A stretch of DNA of 64,000 nt from an uncultured virus (IMG/VR IMGVR_UViG_3300016472_001133) (lineage: Duplodnaviria > Heunggongvirae > Uroviricota > Caudoviricetes), in the IMG/VR virus record IMGVR_UViG_3300016472_001133, one strand, 5' to 3'. The translations under genes were made by a program, and so were the position numbers. Positions 9,417-18,220 of this stretch are shown here, one piece after another; the stretch's first letter is position 1, and every line of letters begins with the position of its first letter. Below the pieces are notes generated by a model. It saw nothing but the letters and a program-made list of their open reading frames with translations. It searched no databases and was not told the DNA's origin.

Positions 9417-9546
9417 TTTTCTCCGAACAAACTATAACTTCTCAATCTTATAATTTTCTACTCTATGATCCCTTAAATTTACATAAAACCTATCAAAAAC
9501 CATTGTTTTTGTTATCTTTTTAGGTACTTAGAGTATATTTATTGAT

Positions 9547-10440
9547 ATGGAAATTGAGAAGAAATTCTTCGTGTATGTTGATTTCAGAGGTGATGATAGA
9601 AAGCCCTTCTACGTTGGGAAAGGTGATGAAAGTAGAGTTAAAGATCTAGAAAGAAATCATCTTCACACAAGAATCAAAAACAAGCATGGGATCATCAGAG
9701 AAATTGTTTTTGAAACTCGCAGTGAGCAAGAATCATTTGAGAAAGAGATTCAACTCATTGGGGAACTTCAAACATATGTTCATCATGGAAAAGGTGGAGC
9801 GAATTTTACCCTTGGTGGAGATGGTGTTTCAGGATACAAGTACACTGAAGAAGTTAAAAAAAAGATGAGTGAATCACATAAAAAAAGGCTCGAAGATCCT
9901 GAACAAAGAAAAAAACATCAGGAAAAAAGTAAGAAGATGTGGGAAGATCCCATGTTCAAAAAAAAGATGCGTGAATCACATAAAAAAAGGTGTGAAGATC
10001 CTGAACAAAGAAAAAAGATGAGCGAAACTCAAAAGAAAATGTGGGAGGATCCTGAGCACAAGGAAAAGATGAGTAAATCTAGAAAGAAGGTGTGGGAGGG
10101 TCCTGAACGCAGGGGAAAATTAAGCGAATCAGTAAAGAAACAGTGGGAAAATCCTGAATATAGAGAAAAGATGAGAGAATCACATAAAAAAAAGTGGGAG
10201 GATCCTGAGTATAGAGAAAAGATTTCTGAATCCAGCAAGAAAAAGTGGGAGGATCCTGAGTATAAAGAAAAGATTTCTGAATCGAGTAAGAAAATGTGGG
10301 AGGATCCTGAGCACAGGAAAAAGATGAGTGAAATAAGAAAGAAACAGTGGGAAAATCCTGAATATAGAGCAATGGTGAAGGAAAAACAGAGATTAGGGCG
10401 GGAAAAGAAAAGGTTAGAAAAACTTCAACGGGAAGGTTGA
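9547..10440 (+). mobile_element. Free-standing GIY-YIG homing endonuclease, paralog of 4243-5214, with ten 17-aa repeats
   Basis: FVYVDF...PFYVGKG; KKxWEDPEYREKMSES repeats. Confidence 0.8.
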
Positions 10441-10456
10441 AAAAGTTTTCCTAGAT

Positions 10457-10720
10457 TCACTCTGCCTCCCCAACTAATTTGTTCTCACTCACCCATCCGA
10501 AAACCTCACCACCGAAAAACAGAACCTTACACTGTTCCTCTTTTATCTCCACCACGATTCCAATTGAACCACCCGGAACCTTACCGATGAAACTCCGAGG
10601 AACTATGGATTCTCCAGCCCAGCGGATCTTCTCCGGGAAATCGTAAATTCGATGTTGATCCGTTGGGTGATTTGGATCAGATCTGATCCGAACCGAATCA
10701 CCGGGGTTAAATTTACTCAC
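10457..10720 (-). CDS. KOW/SH3-like array member
   Basis: FNPGDSVRI. Confidence 0.7.
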   Translation of the reverse strand: MSKFNPGDSVRIRSDPNHPTDQHRIYDFPEKIRWAGESIVPRSFIGKVPGGSIGIVVEIKEEQCKVLFFGGEVFGWVSENKLVGEAE

Positions 10721-10917
10721 CCAAACACCTCAATCTCATACTTCTTCCCGATACTGTTCACTGGAACATAAATCATCCGCCCGGTTCCAAGTTCCAGAAC
10801 ATCATAGAAATCAGAACCGAATTCATTGGATTTCCCAACAACAATCCCACCGTTCCGTAACTCATCTCGGTGTGGTAGGAGATAGATTCTGATTAGATTT
10901 CCAGGAGATAATTTCAA
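10717..10917 (-). CDS. KOW/SH3-like array member
   Basis: LSPGNLIRI. Confidence 0.65.
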   Translation of the reverse strand: MKLSPGNLIRIYLLPHRDELRNGGIVVGKSNEFGSDFYDVLELGTGRMIYVPVNSIGKKYEIEVFG

Positions 10918-11123
10918 GATATCCTCTCCACAAAATTATCCCGGAATAGTTCCGATGTTTTTCCACCCCAGAACACGGTGTAATAATCTCCGTATTCATC
11001 GCGGTTCTCATGGATTTTCACCACCAAACCCGGCCCGGATAGGCGGAAAGTTGCAACCTTGTTTCCAACGGTTACCCTAACGGTATCACTCACCATCCAC
11101 AACTCACCGAGGTTCGGTTTCAT
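10914..11123 (-). CDS. KOW/SH3-like array member
   Basis: MKPNLGELWMV. Confidence 0.6.
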   Translation of the reverse strand: MKPNLGELWMVSDTVRVTVGNKVATFRLSGPGLVVKIHENRDEYGDYYTVFWGGKTSELFRDNFVERIS

Positions 11124-11331
11124 TGATCCTCTCCACCGCCCAACGGTTACTCCACAACCAAACCAACCCATCCGGGCCGAGAACATTATATTCGGATGGA
11201 TTCCATTCATTCCTTCTACTCCCCATCCACATCCCCACAAACGGTGGAGAATCCACTTCAGGATTGTTTTCCCATTTGAAAGGGGTACAAATAACTGGAT
11301 CACCTAGAGATAAAAGTGTTCTATTTTTCAT
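11104..11331 (-). CDS. KOW/SH3-like array member
   Basis: LSLGDPVI. Confidence 0.6.
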   Translation of the reverse strand: MKNRTLLSLGDPVICTPFKWENNPEVDSPPFVGMWMGSRRNEWNPSEYNVLGPDGLVWLWSNRWAVERINETEPR

Positions 11332-11525
11332 CTCACCAACTCCAGTGAATCCGGGCAGAGGTACCTAAAAACAGGAACCCCGGAAATCATGAGGAAAACC
11401 TTGGTGTAACACATCCTCCCGGAACGGAGGTTCTCATCCACATGCTCGATAACGGTGGCAAGTTTTCCATCAATATCACCATCGGTTTTGGAGGAGATTC
11501 GAACCATATCACCTGGTTTTCTCAC
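11328..11525 (-). CDS. KOW/SH3-like array member
   Basis: MRKPGDMVRI. Confidence 0.7.
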   Translation of the reverse strand: MRKPGDMVRISSKTDGDIDGKLATVIEHVDENLRSGRMCYTKVFLMISGVPVFRYLCPDSLELVR

Positions 11526-11728
11526 CCCAACACCTCAATCCCATCCTCCGGAACCAGAATAAAATCCTGAATTTCCCCGTTGGTTTCCAACATCCGAATA
11601 TTGAAAGATTTTTTATGGGTATCCTTGATTGGTTCCACGGGGCAAAAATGTAGTAGAACACCGGTGGTGGTGTTGATCTTCCAATCCTTGAAGAACCGAG
11701 TGATTCGAATAAGATTTCCGATCTTCAT
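11522..11728 (-). CDS. KOW/SH3-like array member
   Basis: MKIGNLIRI. Confidence 0.7.
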   Translation of the reverse strand: MKIGNLIRITRFFKDWKINTTTGVLLHFCPVEPIKDTHKKSFNIRMLETNGEIQDFILVPEDGIEVLG

Positions 11729-11994
11729 CTCACCAACTCCAGATCACATCTTTTAATCCAACCGATTCCTGAGGAACATAGAACCTTGATCCAGGTGGTT
11801 TGAACGTGAAGAGGTAGGTTATCATCGGAAACATATCTTTGTTCAAGAACCATTCCAACCTCGGTGTAACGGAACCTCCCGGTGTGGTTCTTCCTGTAGA
11901 TTGAAGTGAAATCCGGTGGATCATCCCAGAGGATCTTGTAATCCTCGTTACCTTCCAACTCAGGAATTAAACGAACTTGTGATCCAGGTTTCAC
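11725..11994 (-). CDS. KOW/SH3-like array member
   Basis: VKPGSQVRL...GIGWI. Confidence 0.7.
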   Translation of the reverse strand: MKPGSQVRLIPELEGNEDYKILWDDPPDFTSIYRKNHTGRFRYTEVGMVLEQRYVSDDNLPLHVQTTWIKVLCSSGIGWIKRCDLELVR

Positions 11995-12239
11995 AGTAGA
12001 ACCTCCACCCAATTCTCATTTGCCCAACCGATTCCCCGAGGGGTGAGAATCTTGAGGAAGGTTGCGTAAGGGTACATCCCAGTGTTCACATGGGATTCCA
12101 ATATCAAACCGGTATCTGAGAATCCAAACCGAATATCGGTGGGGATGAGGTTAATGGTAATTGGGGATTCAGGATGGTATAACCAGTAGGTGTTACCTTT
12201 ATCACCATCCTTCACACTAACCATATCACCAGGTTTCAT
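11991..12239 (-). CDS. KOW/SH3-like array member
   Basis: MKPGDMVSV. Confidence 0.7.
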   Translation of the reverse strand: MKPGDMVSVKDGDKGNTYWLYHPESPITINLIPTDIRFGFSDTGLILESHVNTGMYPYATFLKILTPRGIGWANENWVEVLL

Positions 12240-12429
12240 TGTGGTTCAATACCTCGGTTCCATGGGAACGAATCCATTTAATTCTACCACTGGAATCCAG
12301 AATTTTGCACTTATCTCCCCCATCAAAATCATCGAGGAATATCTCAAGTATCAATCCTGTATCCCAGGTGATATCCCTGGTGATTAGTTTCCTCCCGGTT
12401 CGGAAACGAACTAGATCTCCAACTCTCAC
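12226..12429 (-). CDS. KOW/SH3-like array member
   Basis: MRVGDLVRF. Confidence 0.7.
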   Translation of the reverse strand: MRVGDLVRFRTGRKLITRDITWDTGLILEIFLDDFDGGDKCKILDSSGRIKWIRSHGTEVLNHNETW

Positions 12430-12617
12430 CGGATCACCTCAAAACTCCAACGATCCACCGGGTAACAAACAATGGTTCCGTTGGAATTGATCATCTGGAT
12501 TCCATGATAAGAACCATAGTGATTGAAACACCTGATTACCTCCGGTTTGTAACACACCACCACCTCACCCTCTCCTGTTTTTTGATGGGTGATTTTTACC
12601 AGATCACCCCGTTTCAT
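12426..12617 (-). CDS. KOW/SH3-like array member
   Basis: MKRGDLVKI. Confidence 0.7.
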   Translation of the reverse strand: MKRGDLVKITHQKTGEGEVVVCYKPEVIRCFNHYGSYHGIQMINSNGTIVCYPVDRWSFEVIR

Positions 12618-12817
12618 GGTACCTCCGAGAGGAGTGTTAGGTTTTCCCATATGAAAGGAATGAAATCTTCGTTCCAGAAAACGATACAATCACACTCACC
12701 TGCAACCTGATCTCCCCATTCATCCAGTGGAACCTTATCACTCCAGAATATCCCCACACGGGGTTCATGTGGTTCCAGAAAATCCGCGGAGATTAAAACC
12801 AAATCTCCGGGTTTCAT
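12614..12817 (-). CDS. KOW/SH3-like array member
   Basis: MKPGDLVLI. Confidence 0.7.
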   Translation of the reverse strand: MKPGDLVLISADFLEPHEPRVGIFWSDKVPLDEWGDQVAGECDCIVFWNEDFIPFIWENLTLLSEVP

Positions 12818-13041
12818 CTCACCAACTCCAGGTGGAAGTTATGGATCCACCCCATTGCCCCGCGGGGAGTTAAAACCTTGAAGTGGATGTATTCCCCGTT
12901 CCCTTGGCTCTCCAGAACCAATCCTATATCATTCCGGTAGAACCTTTCACCGTTCTCTATTCGGTTCAGATCATCCTCCTCATACATGTTAACGTAACTC
13001 TTGTGGGAGGGGCTGAGTTGAACCATATCACCGATTCTCAC
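12814..13041 (-). CDS. KOW/SH3-like array member
   Basis: MRIGDMVQL. Confidence 0.7.
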   Translation of the reverse strand: MRIGDMVQLSPSHKSYVNMYEEDDLNRIENGERFYRNDIGLVLESQGNGEYIHFKVLTPRGAMGWIHNFHLELVR

Positions 13042-13223
13042 TGGAGATTCCTATAGGTACTTCTGAATCCATTCATCTCCCACTTCACGGTGGAGTTTCC
13101 AAGTAGAACCTCAACCATGTTCCAGGAAACGCGGAGAACCACACCGATCTCAGGGGTGTAACGGTGGATAACCAGGGATCCAGGTACCACCTGATTGATA
13201 CTGGGGATATCATTGTTTCTCAC
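13038..13223 (-). CDS. KOW/SH3-like array member
   Basis: VVPGSLVIH. Confidence 0.65.
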   Translation of the reverse strand: MRNNDIPSINQVVPGSLVIHRYTPEIGVVLRVSWNMVEVLLGNSTVKWEMNGFRSTYRNLQ

Positions 13224-13393
13224 CCCACAACCTCCAACATCTCCTTGGAATACCGGAAAACCTTATAGAGATCAGGTTGGCCGAGCAACCAAACCCGGTA
13301 CAAACCAGTTCCACCTTGAATATCGATAATCAACCCGAGTGAATCTGTTCTGTAGCCTTTCACTTTTACCAAATCACCTGGAGATGGAATCAT
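13220..13393 (-). CDS. KOW/SH3-like array member (57 aa, not in ORF track)
   Basis: Translated by hand: MIPSPGDLVKVKG...MLEVVG; overlaps both neighbours by 4 bp. Confidence 0.7.
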   Translation of the reverse strand: MIPSPGDLVKVKGYRTDSLGLIIDIQGGTGLYRVWLLGQPDLYKVFRYSKEMLEVVG

Positions 13394-13590
13394 TCCACCA
13401 CCTGGAAATGATATGAATCCTGAGGATAGTGGTTTATCTTCCCGTCGGAATCGATAACCTTTATGGTTTCACCACTGAACTTAATGTTTTTGTGCTCCAG
13501 GTAGATCCCAAACTTCCACCCGGATTCACGGTAAATCGGATCCATTAGATCAACAATATGGATGAATTTGAGAAGATCCCCAGGTTTCAT
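13390..13590 (-). CDS. KOW/SH3-like array member
   Basis: MKPGDLLKF. Confidence 0.7.
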   Translation of the reverse strand: MKPGDLLKFIHIVDLMDPIYRESGWKFGIYLEHKNIKFSGETIKVIDSDGKINHYPQDSYHFQVVE

Positions 13591-13820
13591 GTTTCATTCT
13601 CCAGGAAAATAAGATTAACCCAACCGATCTTCCCACCGGATACCATGATCCGTGCCCCGTTTCCACCTCGAGGTTGGGTTGTTTCAAGAACAACACCGAT
13701 CTCACCTGGTTGAATGGTTCCAATGGGTTTATCACCACCTTCCTTGTTTCCCCAGGTGGAAAAAAGTGGTGTGGAACTATAAACTTTCTTCATCCTCACC
13801 AAATCACCAATGCTAAACAT
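13587..13820 (-). CDS. KOW/SH3-like array member
   Basis: MFSIGDLVRM. Confidence 0.7.
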   Translation of the reverse strand: MFSIGDLVRMKKVYSSTPLFSTWGNKEGGDKPIGTIQPGEIGVVLETTQPRGGNGARIMVSGGKIGWVNLIFLENET

Positions 13821-14004
13821 CCCAACTCAACCTCTCAAAGTATTCACTGGAAACTAGTTTAACTCCACACTGGGTTAAAACATCATAAAATCCACGGTGA
13901 TTCCTACCTTCTCTATCCACAATCGGTTTCTCACCGAGGAGAATCCCCAAACCCCAATCAGAATAGATGGAAACGTTGAATCGAACCAAGGTTCCCCTTT
14001 TCAT
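13813..14004 (-). CDS. KOW/SH3-like array member
   Basis: MKRGTLVRF. Confidence 0.7.
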   Translation of the reverse strand: MKRGTLVRFNVSIYSDWGLGILLGEKPIVDREGRNHRGFYDVLTQCGVKLVSSEYFERLSWDV

Positions 14005-14225
14005 TCCACCACCTCCACATCCAACCGGTAAACCCAACGGATTCCCCAGGGAAATAGAACCTTACAAACATCCTGGCCCCACTGATTCTTGTGTTCCTCC
14101 AATAGAAGGAATGTTTCACCCTTTATCGTGTGTGTTTCCCATGAATCACATTGGGGCTCCCTGTAGATCCGAACCACACCAACCTGGATTTTACTCTTTG
14201 CCTGGAGAAGATCACCTAGAATCAT
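14001..14225 (-). CDS. KOW/SH3-like array member
   Basis: MILGDLLQA. Confidence 0.7.
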   Translation of the reverse strand: MILGDLLQAKSKIQVGVVRIYREPQCDSWETHTIKGETFLLLEEHKNQWGQDVCKVLFPWGIRWVYRLDVEVVE

Positions 14226-14418
14226 TGGTGATCCTCACGTAGGATTTCAAAAGGTTACTCACCAATTCCTGGGTGATCTTACCATCATACCAGGCCACAT
14301 ACACGGTACGGAAACCTGGATCAGGATCAGATAAAACAATCCCCTGGGAATATCTTCCACCCGGTGGAACATATGAACCCGGTGCCACGAGGAGTAAATC
14401 ACCAACACAAAAACTCAC
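14212..14418 (-). CDS. KOW/SH3-like array member (close paralog of 16480-16677)
   Basis: VGDLLLV..PPGGRYSQG. Confidence 0.7.
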   Translation of the reverse strand: MSFCVGDLLLVAPGSYVPPGGRYSQGIVLSDPDPGFRTVYVAWYDGKITQELVSNLLKSYVRITNDSR

Positions 14419-14603
14419 AGAGGATCCTCCGAAAGATCGTGTTTCTGGTAAGTAAACTTTTCACCGGTGTTTGGATCCACAACCACGAAGTAGGGATACG
14501 AAGAAAGCCCTACCTTGTAGATATCAATGATGATTAACGGTTTTGTTGGAGGAACAAAGAGAGAATCCCTCACGAAAACCATATCACCGAGAGATAGTTT
14601 CAC
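14415..14603 (-). CDS. KOW/SH3-like array member
   Basis: LSLGDMVFV. Confidence 0.65.
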   Translation of the reverse strand: MKLSLGDMVFVRDSLFVPPTKPLIIIDIYKVGLSSYPYFVVVDPNTGEKFTYQKHDLSEDPL

Positions 14604-14791
14604 TTCATCACCTCGAAGTTCCAAACCAAATGGTTTCCGAAATCAACATCTTTAATGATTCCGGTGTTCAACACGAACCTCCCCTCATAAGGTTGTCTCT
14701 TCTCATCAAATCTATTGGATGGGCCGAGATAAACACCAATGAAAGGTATCTCATCGAAACGAGTTAACCTAACCAGATCACCTGGTTTCAC
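14600..14791 (-). CDS. KOW/SH3-like array member
   Basis: MKPGDLVRL. Confidence 0.7.
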   Translation of the reverse strand: MKPGDLVRLTRFDEIPFIGVYLGPSNRFDEKRQPYEGRFVLNTGIIKDVDFGNHLVWNFEVMK

Positions 14792-15015
14792 TGGATCACC
14801 TCAAGCCACAGGGTCCAGTTAACCCAGCCGATCTTACCATCACACAGAACCTTGATCCAGGTTCCGTTAGGCGGGGTGAGAACAGTACTGATGGAATCCA
14901 TAGGAATTCCTTCCTTCGGAATTCCACGGTTAACACTTTCCGCGGTGAGATAAAAATGCATATAGCAACGGTTTCTAACCAGAACACCTGGAACCATACC
15001 GGAACTGGGCTTCAT
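14788..15015 (-). CDS. KOW/SH3-like array member
   Basis: MVPGVLVRN...KIGWV. Confidence 0.7.
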   Translation of the reverse strand: MKPSSGMVPGVLVRNRCYMHFYLTAESVNRGIPKEGIPMDSISTVLTPPNGTWIKVLCDGKIGWVNWTLWLEVIQ

Positions 15016-15224
15016 TCCATCACCTCGTTGAATCGATCGGAGGAGAAAACCATCATTTTATTGTGGGAAAACTTACTGGAAATTACTTCCACATAGTGAA
15101 CATCCTGAGATACTCCATCGATGGGGTTTCCAACCACCATGAAGATCTCATCTTGATCACCCATGTACTCATTCCAACGGTACAGTTTTCCAACCTGAAG
15201 TTCATGTACCCGGATGATCTCCAT
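15012..15224 (-). CDS. KOW/SH3-like array member
   Basis: LQVGKLYRW; leaderless start. Confidence 0.7.
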   Translation of the reverse strand: MEIIRVHELQVGKLYRWNEYMGDQDEIFMVVGNPIDGVSQDVHYVEVISSKFSHNKMMVFSSDRFNEVME

Positions 15225-15230
15225 GTTACC

Positions 15231-15260
15231 AGTATATCATCCCCTCACGGTGTTTTGCAC
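15231..15260 (-). promoter_or_regulatory. Phage promoter, leaderless type
   Basis: GTGCAAA-N17-TATACT-N6-ATG(15224). Confidence 0.8.
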
Positions 15261-15626
15261 TCAACTAAATTCCCCAATGATAAGATCATATGATTCATTT
15301 CCATGCCCAACACAGTGATCCCCATCATGTCTCTGTGGATCCATTCCCTCAGGTGACCATTTTCCAGGGCCACGAGTGGTGATGATCTTCAACATGTCCT
15401 CGGGCCGGACAACCTCATCATATTCATTGAGGATCTTGGTGTCAGGTTTATCCCAGGCCAACTTCCAATCATCCAAGGAATTGATACCTTCCTCAGGAAT
15501 GATGTGAAGGGAGAAACACCAACCATAGGAGGATTTTCCTATGTGTAACACCTTGGCACCGGGGTCATGCCCACAGTGTTCACACATCGAGGTTGATTTT
15601 TGGTGGAGATAATAGTTTGTACCCAC
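15261..15626 (-). CDS. Hypothetical phage protein (MGTNYY..CxxC..LHIGKSSxGW)
   Basis: 121-aa ORF, not a member of the array family. Confidence 0.75.
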   Translation of the reverse strand: MGTNYYLHQKSTSMCEHCGHDPGAKVLHIGKSSYGWCFSLHIIPEEGINSLDDWKLAWDKPDTKILNEYDEVVRPEDMLKIITTRGPGKWSPEGMDPQRHDGDHCVGHGNESYDLIIGEFS

Positions 15627-15629
15627 GGT

Positions 15630-15881
15630 TCACTTTCCTCCCAGAATCTCTTCCACCAGTAGCTCAGGTTCCCCTCTTCTCTCCGTTGCTCTCCAAGGTA
15701 AGGAACCCCTCTCTGCCCTTCGGAGTTGATCCACGGAATTCAATTCCTCAATCCGATACACCTCGGATCCACAGTTCCTAACCTCGGATTCTAGGTTTCT
15801 ATCCCCAATCCTCTCGGCCTCACGTTCATCACGGGCATCGATGAGGATTTCTGTATGGAATGTTACTCTATAGAGCGGCAT
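15630..15881 (-). CDS. Hypothetical protein
   Basis: ORF in the minus-strand run. Confidence 0.65.
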   Translation of the reverse strand: MPLYRVTFHTEILIDARDEREAERIGDRNLESEVRNCGSEVYRIEELNSVDQLRRAERGSLPWRATERRGEPELLVEEILGGK

Positions 15882-15884
15882 TGT

Positions 15885-16100
15885 TCAATATTCCTTGATG
15901 ATCTTTTTTGAGGTTTTGAAACCATCCCAATCCACGGTAACCTTCTCTATGATGATTGGATCACCTGGATCATAATGGGGAGATTCTCGAATCCATGTTT
16001 CGGAGAACTTCTCCACATCACCTTTCTCCCCGCTTTGGGCAAGAATCTTTCCTGATTTGGTGGAGGAAATGAAGTAGTGATGCCCTCTTTTGTTCTTCAT
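15885..16100 (-). CDS. Hypothetical protein
   Basis: ORF in the minus-strand run. Confidence 0.6.
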   Translation of the reverse strand: MKNKRGHHYFISSTKSGKILAQSGEKGDVEKFSETWIRESPHYDPGDPIIIEKVTVDWDGFKTSKKIIKEY

Positions 16101-16119
16101 GATGTTATCCTAAATCATC

Positions 16120-16308
16120 CTACGGTGGATTTTCACCGGGGAGGGAGAGGTAGTGATCAGAGATGATTTGTTTCCTACCATTGTGGAGTAGAACGGAGAA
16201 GAAACGGTGATCGATTGAGATGTTGTGGTGTTCCTCGGTGATTATCCCGAGTGTGGGGGAGATCATCCTCTGGGGATTGGTGTAGAGAACGAGATCACCA
16301 ACTCTCAC
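16120..16308 (-). CDS. KOW/SH3-like array member
   Basis: MRVGDLVLY. Confidence 0.7.
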   Translation of the reverse strand: MRVGDLVLYTNPQRMISPTLGIITEEHHNISIDHRFFSVLLHNGRKQIISDHYLSLPGENPP

Positions 16309-16493
16309 TCAACCTCCTGGAGATCCGATTCTCGGCAGTGAAGAACTCCGCGTTCCGGAAACAATACCTTCCAGTGGGGGAACGGATCATTTCCACGGGA
16401 TTCATGGGGGATGTGTTCCAGGATGATCCCAATATCACCAGGAAGATCCATTTGAAATCTAGCTCTCCACACAACGAGTTTACCGGGTTTCAC
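16305..16493 (-). CDS. KOW/SH3-like array member
   Basis: MKPGKLVVW. Confidence 0.7.
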   Translation of the reverse strand: MKPGKLVVWRARFQMDLPGDIGIILEHIPHESRGNDPFPHWKVLFPERGVLHCRESDLQEVE

Positions 16494-16677
16494 TGTTGAT
16501 CACCGTGTAGTACTTGGAAACATTACCCAAAAATTCCCTTGTGATCTTACCATCCCGCCACGCGATGGTGAGAAAACCCAGAGAGGTAGGGTTTGTTAGA
16601 ACAACACCCTGGGAATATCGGCCACCAGGCGGAACATGAGTTCCAGGATTCACCAGGAGAAGGTCACCGAGCTTCAT
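16480..16677 (-). CDS. KOW/SH3-like array member
   Basis: MKLGDLLLV; leaderless start. Confidence 0.7.
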   Translation of the reverse strand: MKLGDLLLVNPGTHVPPGGRYSQGVVLTNPTSLGFLTIAWRDGKITREFLGNVSKYYTVINSETR

Positions 16678-16683
16678 GGTTCT

Positions 16684-16713
16684 ATAATATCATCATCCCC
16701 CGGTGTTTTGCAC
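16684..16713 (-). promoter_or_regulatory. Phage promoter, leaderless type
   Basis: GTGCAAA-N17-TATTAT-N6-ATG(16677). Confidence 0.8.
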
Positions 16714-16974
16714 CGGGATAAAATCCCAAGTGTTTCCCCAACCTATCAAACCTGACTTGGTGATAATCCGAGTCATGAAGGTTTCATCATCGATCTGGAG
16801 AACAACACCGACATCACCCTTGAAAAACCGTCCCACGATCTTGGGAATCAAACCATCACGGTTCATCTCCATCGCAAAAACATCACCGCTGATGTCCACG
16901 AGGACCGTCAATCCCAAGGGTTTCTTGACCACATTGAGTCGGACCAGGTCACCGACCTTGTACTCAGGCTCCAA
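16693..16974 (-). CDS. KOW/SH3-like array member
   Basis: YKVGDLVRL. Confidence 0.7.
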   Translation of the reverse strand: MEPEYKVGDLVRLNVVKKPLGLTVLVDISGDVFAMEMNRDGLIPKIVGRFFKGDVGVVLQIDDETFMTRIITKSGLIGWGNTWDFIPVQNTGG

Positions 16975-17179
16975 TTAGCACCTTCGTGACATCACGATTG
17001 TCCACAAATATTTCCCTTAATTCCCCTGTTGTTTCCAGTATCTTAATTATGAAAGATCTTTTAAAGGAATCGAAGGGCATCAATGGGCAACGTTCCACCA
17101 GGAGACCGGTTATAGGTGGGTCATCCATGCGGAAACCATTGTGATAACGAGTCACAGAAACGTAATCACCCGGCTTCAC
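16964..17179 (-). CDS. KOW/SH3-like array member (similar to 11522-11728)
   Basis: MKPGDYVSV. Confidence 0.7.
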   Translation of the reverse strand: MKPGDYVSVTRYHNGFRMDDPPITGLLVERCPLMPFDSFKRSFIIKILETTGELREIFVDNRDVTKVLIGA

Positions 17180-17382
17180 AACGGCTTCACCTCACGGAAC
17201 CAAATCCACCCAGATCTACCATCGTTCATCATCACATGGTACCACTCGAGTTTGTTCTCGATCAGGACTCCCAAGGTGGGCTGTTTACCAGTGTTAAAAT
17301 GCCTCTTGGCCGAACCCCAATCCACGTTGCAACTGGCATGCGGTTCCACCTGAACAAGGTCACCTGCCTGAAGAGTTTTCAT
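17176..17382 (-). CDS. KOW/SH3-like array member
   Basis: LQAGDLVQV. Confidence 0.7.
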   Translation of the reverse strand: MKTLQAGDLVQVEPHASCNVDWGSAKRHFNTGKQPTLGVLIENKLEWYHVMMNDGRSGWIWFREVKPL

Positions 17383-17566
17383 CGACGACCTCCATCAGTG
17401 ATTCAATCTCGTCCACAACCACACCTCCCTCACACAGGACCGTCCACCATTGGTGCCTGTCATCTCCCCAGGTGTTGCTACGGTCAGATTCCTTGATGAT
17501 GATACCAACCAGAGGGGTGCCCTTCCAGAAGCCTTGCTTCCCACGAATGAGATCACCCGGCTTCAC
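17360..17566 (-). CDS. KOW/SH3-like array member
   Basis: VKPGDLIRG. Confidence 0.7.
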   Translation of the reverse strand: MKPGDLIRGKQGFWKGTPLVGIIIKESDRSNTWGDDRHQWWTVLCEGGVVVDEIESLMEVVDENSSGR

Positions 17567-17756
17567 TGAGGACCTCCGGTTGGTCACCACCCCGAAAAAC
17601 ATCATAAACGAACTTACGGCCGTCGGGCTCTAAGATCTCTATCGTGTAATCAATTCCACTGTGATAATTGGGCGGTGGATGGATGGATAGAACAACACCC
17701 ATGGCCGTCTGGTGATGAGCCCAAGTAAATCGAATCAGATCGCCCGGTTTGATCAC
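17553..17756 (-). CDS. KOW/SH3-like array member
   Basis: MIKPGDLIRF. Confidence 0.7.
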   Translation of the reverse strand: MIKPGDLIRFTWAHHQTAMGVVLSIHPPPNYHSGIDYTIEILEPDGRKFVYDVFRGGDQPEVLSEAG

Positions 17757-17962
17757 CCAATGACCTCCAAGTACGAGATGTGAAACCTAGCGAAGAGGGT
17801 CGATTCAGATCCCAGGCGAAGAACACGGTAGGAGTTCAACTGGTAGGCGGTGTACTTCGTAAATTTCCTACGAGAATTCGGGTCCACTGCGAGTCCCAAC
17901 ACCACACCCACCCAATCGCGGTTGATCTTGTGCCGAACCAGGTCACCGGGCTTCAGATCCAT
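17753..17962 (-). CDS. KOW/SH3-like array member
   Basis: MDLKPGDLVRH; leaderless start. Confidence 0.7.
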   Translation of the reverse strand: MDLKPGDLVRHKINRDWVGVVLGLAVDPNSRRKFTKYTAYQLNSYRVLRLGSESTLFARFHISYLEVIG

Positions 17963-17968
17963 AGGGTC

Positions 17969-17998
17969 AGTATACCACAGGAAAGACGGGTTTTGCAC
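17969..17998 (-). promoter_or_regulatory. Phage promoter, leaderless type
   Basis: GTGCAAA-N17-TATACT-N6-ATG(17962). Confidence 0.8.
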
Positions 17999-18217
17999 TC
18001 ATTGCTTTTCCATCCTGAAAATGGTGGCCGTGTTTAACTTCTGCAAACCGTCCTGAGTTAAGACTCGAATCCATCTTACGTTTCCGCGGTGAGGAAGGGG
18101 TGGAAGAACATCGATGAATGTACCCATGTAGTTCCAAACACCAGAAACCAGCTGGTAACGGATTAGGTCACCAGGATTAAGTTCTATGGTGTTGTGCCCG
18201 TGGTAAGTGATTTCCAT
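17999..18217 (-). CDS. KOW/SH3-like array member
   Basis: LNPGDLIRY. Confidence 0.7.
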   Translation of the reverse strand: MEITYHGHNTIELNPGDLIRYQLVSGVWNYMGTFIDVLPPLPHRGNVRWIRVLTQDGLQKLNTATIFRMEKQ

Positions 18218-18220
18218 GTT

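Noticed and set aside
9880..10380. 51-nt periodic repeats as a possible CRISPR array
   Set aside because: They are degenerate in-frame coding repeats with no constant repeat/unique spacer pattern, and no cas genes are present
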